DNA from: a virus
Taxonomy: Duplodnaviria > Caudoviricetes
Direction: 5' to 3' (one strand)
DNA length: 64,000 nucleotides
IMG/VR virus record: IMGVR_UViG_3300032320_000838
Span: 1-64,000 of that record
Part shown: one piece after another, positions 1-7,610 of the stretch
How the letters are laid out: each line of letters opens with the position of its first letter
Numbering within the stretch: the stretch's first letter is position 1
The notes under the pieces: model-generated
What the model saw: only the letters and a program-made list of their open reading frames with translations
Told to the model about the DNA's origin: nothing
Databases searched by the model: none
Program-made: the position numbers and the translations under genes

Positions 1-587
1 ATAAACACTCCATCTATTACAAATCCCATACGAACGCTTCCTGCTCCAAGCCATTCTAAATCCATCCATAAAATTTGTGCTTTAGAAATATCAAGTGTGA
101 TGCCAGATTGACCGCTTCCATTCAATGTATCCCCATTCCAATTAGACTGTGCAATTCTGGTATTTACTGTTGATCCACTGACAGAACTTCGTTTTACCAA
201 ATAAATATCACTTCCATCAAGTTCAACATAAAATCCGTTGGCAGATCCAAAATATCCAGTTCTTTGTCTTAAACCCGATTTGGGTGAATTCATTGTAAAC
301 GAAGAAAGAATTTGCAAAGATTTTCCTGGCTGGTAGGGAAATACCTTTGTAGTTTCACGATAGACATAGTTGCCAGATGTAACTCCAATTGTCAGATCAA
401 CAAGACCTTGGTTGGTATTGAATGTTGCAGCAGATCCGCCCCCATTAACACCAGTAACCCATAAGCCATTATCTCGGTATCTATGAGTTGAATCAAAAAG
501 TGTAAATGGGTTAGTTACGGTTAGTCTACCAAATGCGTCTGTAGCAGTTGGTACAAAGCCAACTTGATTATTGTATAAGTATGACAT
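1..587 (-). CDS. Putative virion structural protein, runs off the left edge of the window
   Basis: Hand translation MSYLYNNQVGFVPTATDAFGRLTVTNPFTLFDSTHRYRDNGLW...WMDLEWLGAGSVRMGFVIDGVF is open to base 1. ATG overlaps the upstream TAA (TAATG). The DAFGRL..NPFTLFD start is one I recall from large environmental phages. Confidence 0.7.
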   Translation of the reverse strand, partial: MSYLYNNQVGFVPTATDAFGRLTVTNPFTLFDSTHRYRDNGLWVTGVNGGGSAATFNTNQGLVDLTIGVTSGNYVYRETTKVFPYQPGKSLQILSSFTMNSPKSGLRQRTGYFGSANGFYVELDGSDIYLVKRSSVSGSTVNTRIAQSNWNGDTLNGSGQSGITLDISKAQILWMDLEWLGAGSVRMGFVIDGVF

Positions 588-2602
588 TATATGATTCTCC
601 ATCCATTTCTATAAATGAATTGTAATGCACCATTGCTAATATTTAAAATTGCAGATTCTTCATTATCTATGAAATCGTTTGTATTGCCAGGAACAATTTC
701 AATGTAACGATTCGCATATCCTGCTTGTCCTGATTCATCTTTTACAATAATTGTTTTACCTGTTGATGGTGAATCTGGTAGAGTAATGGTTACGATTCCT
801 GCGTAATTAACGCCAATATAATAGTCCAATGATGTTGCTTGATATGAAGAAGTAGTAACACCTGTTGTTCTCTGAAGTCCTGTCGAACCCTGAGGTCCAA
901 CGACATAACCAGCATTTATAACAGTCGCATCGGTAAGGGTGATTATGAGATCACCGTTCGTATTTACATCAGCAGCAAATACACCAACACCAATTTCTCC
1001 TGCTGGACCTTGAGAACCAGTAGCACCAGTTGCTCCCTGTGGTCCAGCAGGTCCTATTACACTACCAACATTATCAGTTGTAGAATCTGTATATGTCAGT
1101 ATCAAATCACCATCTGTATTGACGAAAGCATCATCAATAGACACAGCAGCGGTATATTGAATAGTATCATCAGGGAATATAATTCCCGTTCCGACAGATC
1201 CACTCAAATCTAAAGAAGCAGGAATAATTAGATTAGAATCATCGGGATTTAATTTAAAACTGGGAGATGCTTCTAAATCGGTTGCACCATCATTTGCATA
1301 TTGAATGGATCCTTGTACGGACTTAACTGTTATGGCAGAACCACCACCCCCTCCAGTTACAATCTGAACCCACTGCAAAGAATCACCATCATCAATGTAA
1401 ACGAAATATTTACCAGTATCACTTTCAAACCAACGATCACCATTGATTGGATTTTCTGGTGGATCTGGTGCATATGTAAATCGGTTTGCAACTGTTGTGC
1501 CACCACCAGATATGTCTATGTTAACATTCTTACCGTCAGAAGATACTGATGAAATACCCGTTCCAGTAAAATTAATACTCTTTACTGCGGAAGATAATCT
1601 AGTACCTTCGTGTTTAATTATTACATTTCCACCACCACCACCCTGAGCAGTGTGTTTTTTACTTACATCATTAAGAAGATCATTAAAGAATTTTTGTTCA
1701 ACCGATAATGTTTTATCTTCTAGTTTCAGAGGATAAACAGCAGTAGCAACTCCTACTTCTCCTTGGGGACCGATCGGACCGGCAGGACCAACAGCACCTT
1801 GCGGACCAACAGAACCAACTTCTCCACGGGAACCAATAGGACCCTGAATACCTTGTTCACCCCGCGTCCCCTGAAGTCCCTGTTCTCCTCTTTCGCCTTT
1901 CTCTCCCTGTTTTCCTTGTAGACCTCGTTCTCCCTTCTTGCCAGGTACTCCCTGATCTCCCTTTTCACCTTTGTCCCCTTTATCGCCCTTAGATCCCTGA
2001 ACTCCCTGTGGACCTTGGGAACCGACTTCGCCTGTTGCTCCTTGCTCACCTCGGTCTCCCTTCTCCCCCTTCTCACCTTGGGGGCCTGGTTCTCCTCGTT
2101 CGCCTTGTTGTCCTTGCGCTCCATCAGAACCATCACGACCAGGTTCACCTTTCTCCCCAGCAACTCCTTGTGGACCCTGTGGTCCTTCTGGTCCCATCAT
2201 TCCACGGGGACCAGTTTCACCACGATCTCCCTTGTCTCCCTTTTCACCCTTTACTGGTTTGGAAACAACAGGAAGTGGTTGCTCTGTAAGAACTGGTGTT
2301 CTTTTCTCTGTTTTGATTACAGGTGGTTCGACAAACTCCATCAAAGCATCAATAATGCTTTCGTTCTTATCAACACCACCAGTTACACAAATAACTCTCA
2401 GATTTTGTTCATCGAAGAAATAATACTCACCTACACCACGAAGTTTAATCTTATATTGTGGATATTCTCTGGAGAGTTCTTCTGTGCAATATGCAAGAAC
2501 CGTATCCTCTTTAAGATCACCAATAGACGCAGTGGTCTTGAACATATGTCCAAAACGCGCCAAACCTAATCTCAAAGGAATATCGGATACTTTCTTCATC
2601 AT
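587..2602 (-). CDS. Collagen-like fibre protein
   Basis: 56 uninterrupted Gly-X-Y triplets, two (V)NT(D/N)GDLI repeats with short collagen linkers, and a phage fibre-type C-terminal domain. ATG-ATG at 2602/2599 is preferred over the GTG at 2629, which lies inside thyX. Confidence 0.8.
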   Translation of the reverse strand: MMKKVSDIPLRLGLARFGHMFKTTASIGDLKEDTVLAYCTEELSREYPQYKIKLRGVGEYYFFDEQNLRVICVTGGVDKNESIIDALMEFVEPPVIKTEKRTPVLTEQPLPVVSKPVKGEKGDKGDRGETGPRGMMGPEGPQGPQGVAGEKGEPGRDGSDGAQGQQGERGEPGPQGEKGEKGDRGEQGATGEVGSQGPQGVQGSKGDKGDKGEKGDQGVPGKKGERGLQGKQGEKGERGEQGLQGTRGEQGIQGPIGSRGEVGSVGPQGAVGPAGPIGPQGEVGVATAVYPLKLEDKTLSVEQKFFNDLLNDVSKKHTAQGGGGGNVIIKHEGTRLSSAVKSINFTGTGISSVSSDGKNVNIDISGGGTTVANRFTYAPDPPENPINGDRWFESDTGKYFVYIDDGDSLQWVQIVTGGGGGSAITVKSVQGSIQYANDGATDLEASPSFKLNPDDSNLIIPASLDLSGSVGTGIIFPDDTIQYTAAVSIDDAFVNTDGDLILTYTDSTTDNVGSVIGPAGPQGATGATGSQGPAGEIGVGVFAADVNTNGDLIITLTDATVINAGYVVGPQGSTGLQRTTGVTTSSYQATSLDYYIGVNYAGIVTITLPDSPSTGKTIIVKDESGQAGYANRYIEIVPGNTNDFIDNEESAILNISNGALQFIYRNGWRII
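1745..2248 (-). repeat. Collagen (Gly-X-Y)56 coding repeat
   Basis: Hand count of triplets from GEK to GVA, no interruption. Confidence 0.9.
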
Positions 2603-2604
2603 AT

Positions 2605-2611
2605 TATTTAT
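2605..2611 (-). promoter_or_regulatory. T4-type late promoter ATAAATA
   Basis: Overlaps the thyX stop codon, immediately before the collagen gene ATGs. Confidence 0.5.
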
Positions 2612-3306
2612 GAAACAAGTTGCTCCCACGAAACGGGGAAAAGCGGTTGAATTATGCTCCCAATCGCTTCAGCGTAGCAACGAACCTCCCACTGCGCGTG
2701 AGCGTCTATACGCTGCTTATAGACGCGGGCAAACGCAGATAGAGATCCTGTCCACCACCACTCTGTGTAGGTTGCCTGCGGTAGAATACCTCTTGCTTGC
2801 TCTGGTGCTACACCTAGGCCAAGAAGGTGATTGTATACTTTTACACACTCATTGGCTGCCTGTGCAAACCCATTATTTGCAATAATCTGCTCATCCGTGA
2901 TGAACTCAGAACTACCCTGTTTTGCACCATTTGTTGGCGCACCTCTCCAGATAGGAGTATAGAACTGCGGTTCTTCCACGACATACCGACGAGATACTTC
3001 GTTCATAACAAGCCCAACTTGATGTTTACCTAATTGTGCTCTAATAAAAATTGGTGTTTTAATGTGGATGGTTATTTGTGGATGAGCGAATGGTGTCCAG
3101 TGATTATTTTTTGCCAAATATCCAATCAATTTCTTGTCTTTGTCGGAGAGTTTTCTTTCTCTCGTTCCTGTCCAGTGCGGATCACTGTCCCAATCACTTT
3201 CTTTGTTAAATGACACTCTTGCTGCATTAACGACTGTAAGGTCGGAGCCCATATGTTCGATGTATCTAACAAATCCATGATCTAGCACATTAATAAGTTC
3301 ACTCAT
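2608..3306 (-). CDS. thyX: FAD-dependent thymidylate synthase
   Basis: GSDLTVVNAARVSF, HWTPF, RAQLGKHQVGLVMNEVSRRYV (ThyX motif variant), EQARGILPQ, HAQWE. Confidence 0.95.
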   Translation of the reverse strand: MSELINVLDHGFVRYIEHMGSDLTVVNAARVSFNKESDWDSDPHWTGTRERKLSDKDKKLIGYLAKNNHWTPFAHPQITIHIKTPIFIRAQLGKHQVGLVMNEVSRRYVVEEPQFYTPIWRGAPTNGAKQGSSEFITDEQIIANNGFAQAANECVKVYNHLLGLGVAPEQARGILPQATYTEWWWTGSLSAFARVYKQRIDAHAQWEVRCYAEAIGSIIQPLFPVSWEQLVS

Positions 3307-3748
3307 AATATTCCTTTTGCGATTTAAAATTTATGTTGTTTGTATTCAGAATGTTTTGCAAATATCTAACATATGGAGTATTAGCATTATTCTCAAAATA
3401 ATTACTCCATCGTAAATTGGTTACATGGTTATTAGAAGCATTTCCATCAATATGATCTACTATAGGTAAATTCGAAGGATTTGGTATAAATGCTTCTGCT
3501 ACTACTCTGTGGACTAATTTACTTCCTTGCGATCTACCATTTTTGTAAAAAGCAATACTCAAATGTCCAAAATCACCAACAGGACCTGCTTTTAATTCTT
3601 TTCCCAAAAATGTTCTTTTTCTTATGAAAGGTTTGCCACTTTTACTAAAATTTTTGTCTTGTATTATTCTTGTTTTTGATCTTATTTTTCCAGTATTTGA
3701 TACTTCATAATCATCAAACCCAACAACATTTACCCATATTTCTTCCAT
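3299..3748 (-). CDS. Free-standing NUMOD4-HNH homing endonuclease
   Basis: N-terminal NUMOD4 (W..VVGFDDYEVSNTGKIRS) plus HNH core VHRVVAEAFIPNPSNLPIVDHIDGNASNNHVTNLRW. Visibly AT-rich compared with its neighbours. Confidence 0.9.
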   Translation of the reverse strand: MEEIWVNVVGFDDYEVSNTGKIRSKTRIIQDKNFSKSGKPFIRKRTFLGKELKAGPVGDFGHLSIAFYKNGRSQGSKLVHRVVAEAFIPNPSNLPIVDHIDGNASNNHVTNLRWSNYFENNANTPYVRYLQNILNTNNINFKSQKEYYE

Positions 3749-3753
3749 TTTAA

Positions 3754-3793
3754 TCTCCTAAACAGTTGTTTAAACACAAACATATTTAGGAGA
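3754..3793 (-). promoter_or_regulatory. RBS-sequestering hairpin with embedded late promoter CTAAATA (3783-3789)
   Basis: Perfect 9-bp inverted repeat TCTCCTAAA (3793-3785) / TTTAGGAGA (3762-3754). The 3' arm contains the AGGAG RBS of the HNH gene. Confidence 0.75.
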
Positions 3794-3809
3794 AAACATT
3801 TTTACACCT

Positions 3810-4805
3810 TTATACTTTCTTCCATACCGACAATCTCAATTCTGCGCTCAATCCGCTATAGATGTTTTTGTTAATCGTCTCCAGAACCTCTCCGCGAGAC
3901 ATACCCGATCTGACCATATCGTTCACATCCTTCTGTGTTATATTGTCAGGCCAGATGCACACCCTGTAGTCATTCTTGATCAACTTGTCATATTGCTTGA
4001 TCACTTCCCTGTTTCTTGGTTCGTTGTCTAGAACAAATACTGGTTTCTTTACTGAAGGATCCAATTCGTGATTCATACCCAAGATGGCAACAGCATTAGG
4101 TAGGAACATAGAATCAATAGGTCCTTCCGTCACATAAACAGTAGAGTTAAAATCTACACGATCCATTCCATACGAAAGATATTCCTGATTCTCATCGAAC
4201 TTTATCGTGATGTATTTTACTTCACTTGGATAGATCGCTCTACCCTGAAATCCGATCAGTTTCTTCTCCGAATTCCGAAGTGGAATAATCAATCTTGGTT
4301 CTTGACCAACTGGCTTGTCTGGAATGTACCTGTGAACAAACTCAGCAAAGTTCTCGGCATAGAAAAGATCCGAGTGAAAATCCATCGGAATCTTTCTAGA
4401 GACGACATACTCCTTGCATTCGTGGTCATCGGCAAGTTCCACCACCGAAGGTAGATCAATTCTCTTTCCGTCGAATGCAGGTTGCTCAAACTTAAATTCA
4501 GGTTTTGCATAGTTGGAATGGCCATTCTCACCTTTCTTCCATCGCTCCAAGGCATATTCCCTGCACAGAGCAGGAGACACTTGCTCCAAAAACTTGTAGA
4601 AAGTTGTGCTTACGCCACAGTTGTGGCAACGATAGAAGATGTTGTTTCCCTTTTGATAGAAATATCCTCTTGCTCTGTTCTTGTTCTTCTGCGAATCACC
4701 GCACAAAGGACATCGACAGTTGGCAAGGTTGTCCTTCTTCCAAGCGAACTTCTCCAAGGAAGAGGAAACCATAGAAAGAAACTTCTTATCAGTTATTATT
4801 GACAT
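3810..4805 (-). CDS. gp61: DNA primase
   Basis: Zn finger CRCPLCGDS...CHNC; TOPRIM motifs VTEGPIDS, DNEPRN, KDVND. ATG at 4805 (MSIITDKKF). Confidence 0.95.
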   Translation of the reverse strand: MSIITDKKFLSMVSSSLEKFAWKKDNLANCRCPLCGDSQKNKNRARGYFYQKGNNIFYRCHNCGVSTTFYKFLEQVSPALCREYALERWKKGENGHSNYAKPEFKFEQPAFDGKRIDLPSVVELADDHECKEYVVSRKIPMDFHSDLFYAENFAEFVHRYIPDKPVGQEPRLIIPLRNSEKKLIGFQGRAIYPSEVKYITIKFDENQEYLSYGMDRVDFNSTVYVTEGPIDSMFLPNAVAILGMNHELDPSVKKPVFVLDNEPRNREVIKQYDKLIKNDYRVCIWPDNITQKDVNDMVRSGMSRGEVLETINKNIYSGLSAELRLSVWKKV

Positions 4806-4968
4806 ACATCTTGGCGTCAGGGAATGCTCTATTTGCCCATTCTTCCCACTCAGGAAGATCCTCGTCACGCACGAAAGGAAGGGCTGCTAGTCGTTCCTCG
4901 AAAGAACGAGTGTCATTATACGCGATGCTCTGCACTTGTCGATACTCTCCATCAAATGTTCCAGTCAT
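4789..4968 (-). CDS. Small hypothetical protein (59 aa, below the ORF-track cutoff)
   Basis: MTGTFDGEYRQVQSIAYNDTRSFEERLAALPFVRDEDLPEWEEWANRAFPDAKMYVNNN fills the gp41-gp61 gap and overlaps both genes. Confidence 0.6.
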   Translation of the reverse strand: MTGTFDGEYRQVQSIAYNDTRSFEERLAALPFVRDEDLPEWEEWANRAFPDAKMYVNNN

Positions 4969-6355
4969 TTACATTACCTTTCTTCTTGAATTTTGCGATA
5001 ATCTTTTCACCGTGGCCAGAGGAACCTACATCGTCCTCTTCGCCAGTACCAATCAAATCATCCTGTTCGGATGCATCCACATTATACAATTTCATCTTCG
5101 CTCTGTTGATTCCCACCACGAACTTTCTGTTCTTTGTCAGTTCGTTGTATCGGTTCTTGAGTTGCTTGACCATGATCTGATTCTTCTGATCCAGTTCCTC
5201 TGTACCGATCAGTGCGAACATAAGATCGGCAGTGGCAGGAAGTCCGAACGACTCGGATGTATTCTCAAGACCAATATCGGTGTTGTTGTGTCCCGAACGA
5301 TTCACCTGCGTTGCTGTGAACACAGGCACATTTCGTTCGATGGCAAGACCACGAAGTTCCTCTGCAATTGCTTTCACTACGCTATAAGAACTCATCGTTG
5401 CAGATGCCTTTACTCTGGCAGAAGAACAGATATTCAGATAGTCGATGAAGATGATGTCAGGTGTGAACTTCTTCTTGAGAAGCAACTCGTCAAGCAGATG
5501 TCGGAAGTGATTTACATGGGCAGTTGCCGTTGGGTATTCCTTGATAATCAACTTACCAGTAATACCCTTGGTTGCGTTGTAGATCTTCTTACCGTACATC
5601 GGTTTTGTAAGTTGCTTCATATCGTCAAGAGTGATGTCCATAATGTTGGCATCAATACGCTCGGCAATACGCTCTTCCGACATTTCACAAGTAATGTACA
5701 GTACATTCTTGTTCTGTACTAGACAGTTTGCAGCATGGTGGCAAAGGAAAAGCGACTTACCTACACCTGTACCAGCAATCACTACATTAAGTGTCTTTTG
5801 TGGTACTCCACCATTCGTAATTGAGTTAAAAAATTCGATGTCAAACGGAATTTTCTGTTCGACTTTGTGGTAGAAGTCATACCGCTTCTCAGCATCCTTG
5901 ATGAAGTCATGTCCGATGTTCGTGTCAAACGATACGGATAGGGCTTCGGAAAGTATCGAGGGGAGAGCGGTAGGAGTACGGGTCTTCGACTTACCTTCGA
6001 TGATCTGAATGGATTCCAGAATAGCGTTGTAAAGAGCACGGTCTTTACAGAACTTTTCAGTTTCGTCCACAAGCCAGTCTTCGTCTTCGGTTGTTTCCGA
6101 GAGATCTTGTACCAAGGTAGACGCCTTCTCGTAGTCCGTCTGCGTGAGGTCCTTGTCATTCTGCAAGGAGATGACCAGTGCGTCCTTATTAGGCAATCTG
6201 TTATAGTTATTGATGAAGTCATAAATCTTCCTAAAAACTTTTCTTTCACTGTTTTCCGCGAAATAATCTTCCTTAACGAATGGCAGTACGCGGCGAGAAT
6301 ACCCTTCGTTGTATATGAGGTTCTGAAGGATTACCTTCTGAATATTTGTACTCAT
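4952..6355 (-). CDS. gp41: Replicative DnaB-like helicase
   Basis: Walker A AGTGVGKS, IFIDYLNI, TATQVNR, SESFGLPATAD, KQLKNRY. Confidence 0.96.
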   Translation of the reverse strand: MSTNIQKVILQNLIYNEGYSRRVLPFVKEDYFAENSERKVFRKIYDFINNYNRLPNKDALVISLQNDKDLTQTDYEKASTLVQDLSETTEDEDWLVDETEKFCKDRALYNAILESIQIIEGKSKTRTPTALPSILSEALSVSFDTNIGHDFIKDAEKRYDFYHKVEQKIPFDIEFFNSITNGGVPQKTLNVVIAGTGVGKSLFLCHHAANCLVQNKNVLYITCEMSEERIAERIDANIMDITLDDMKQLTKPMYGKKIYNATKGITGKLIIKEYPTATAHVNHFRHLLDELLLKKKFTPDIIFIDYLNICSSARVKASATMSSYSVVKAIAEELRGLAIERNVPVFTATQVNRSGHNNTDIGLENTSESFGLPATADLMFALIGTEELDQKNQIMVKQLKNRYNELTKNRKFVVGINRAKMKLYNVDASEQDDLIGTGEEDDVGSSGHGEKIIAKFKKKGNVNDWNI

Positions 6356-7413
6356 TATTCCCCATCTGTCAAATTTTCCAACTGTTTAGTAAACTCCTCA
6401 TCGGAGACGATAATATTGTTGTTTGTGATCGAATACTTCTCACGAACAAACTGCGAGAATGTCGGATCAGTCAAAATTGGCAACCAGAATTCCTTGGTGT
6501 CCGTTTCCTTCTCTCGGTACTTCTTTTCTTCACCTTTTCTTGCATACCATCCGTTCGATGGCTTCACTACATGACCAGACTCAAGAGCAATATCAAGAAG
6601 ACCACTCCAACGACTAATACCTCCCTCGAAGGAAACGCTGATAGGAATCTTGGACTTCTCTTTGACATAACGAGACTTCTCCACATTTATAATGAAGTTG
6701 TAACCAGTAAGTTCGGTTCCGTCCTTCTCCTGCTGACGACCAAGGATGAAGATAGTATCGGCAGAATAGTATGATCCAGTACCACCACCAACGATGTCCT
6801 TTGGATACATTCCGATCTCCTTGTAGGTATGATTGACCACTACCATAGGAATATCCTTTAGGGTAAGATGCGGTGTAATCATACGGAATAGAGACTTGAT
6901 CTGCTTGGCGCGAGACATATCGGCAACAGACTTACCCTCCAGAGCATCCTCGACTTCCTTCTTGGAAGCCAGATTACCGATGGAGTCGATCACGATGATG
7001 AGTCTTTCTCCACGATCAAGACTCTGTAGTTGCTGCATGATGTCGAACTTAAGTTCTTCCACATCCTTGATTGGCGTATGAAGAACTCTATCCATATCAA
7101 TACCGAATGTTTCAAAATATCCCTGCGGAGTACCGAACTCCGAATCATAGAATAGCATAGCAGCATCCTTGTACTTGTCAAGGTAAGACTTCGCCATCAA
7201 CAAAGAAAATGCAGTCTTGAAGTGCTTGCTAGGGCCTGCCCACATGGTGATGCCAGGAACAAACCCACCATCCAGACGACCAGACAGAGCAACATTAATT
7301 ACAGGAACTGTGGTCTGAATCATATCCTTCTTGGTGAAGAACTTGGAAGAGGACAACACTTCCGAGTCCTTGATTGTAGAATTTTTCTTAAGTTTATCTA
7401 GAATACCCATCAC
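6355..7413 (-). CDS. uvsX: RecA-like recombinase
   Basis: GPSKHFKT, FYDSEFG, IDSIGNLASKKE, VGGGTG, INVEKSR. Confidence 0.96.
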   Translation of the reverse strand: MMGILDKLKKNSTIKDSEVLSSSKFFTKKDMIQTTVPVINVALSGRLDGGFVPGITMWAGPSKHFKTAFSLLMAKSYLDKYKDAAMLFYDSEFGTPQGYFETFGIDMDRVLHTPIKDVEELKFDIMQQLQSLDRGERLIIVIDSIGNLASKKEVEDALEGKSVADMSRAKQIKSLFRMITPHLTLKDIPMVVVNHTYKEIGMYPKDIVGGGTGSYYSADTIFILGRQQEKDGTELTGYNFIINVEKSRYVKEKSKIPISVSFEGGISRWSGLLDIALESGHVVKPSNGWYARKGEEKKYREKETDTKEFWLPILTDPTFSQFVREKYSITNNNIIVSDEEFTKQLENLTDGE

Positions 7414-7610
7414 TTAAGTCCTTTCATATTGTTTTTGACCGCTTCTATAACTTCTTTTATAGAGTTTGCTTCAGCAACATAGTTTTCATATGTGTCGATG
7501 TTGACATCTTTTCGCTTGTTGATTTCTTTTATGGTATACAGGAGTTCTGTTTGTTTTGTCTCAAGAACACCAAGAATAATGGCGTAATGTTCGTATTTTA
7601 GTTTATCCAA
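7410..7610 (-). CDS. Small hypothetical helical protein
   Basis: Fills the gp43-uvsX gap. Probable TTG start at 7610 overlapping the gp43 end; its stop overlaps the uvsX start. Confidence 0.55.
   Translation of the reverse strand: MDKLKYEHYAIILGVLETKQTELLYTIKEINKRKDVNIDTYENYVAEANSIKEVIEAVKNNMKGLK

Noticed and set aside
1753-2569. Alternative-frame ORFs over the collagen repeat
   Set aside because: Stop-poor frames generated by the Gly-X-Y repeat.
4799-5722. 307-aa plus-strand ORF and other antisense ORFs over gp41, rnh, gp22, gp23, gp18 and the fibre genes
   Set aside because: Shadows of well-supported minus-strand genes with biased codon use.
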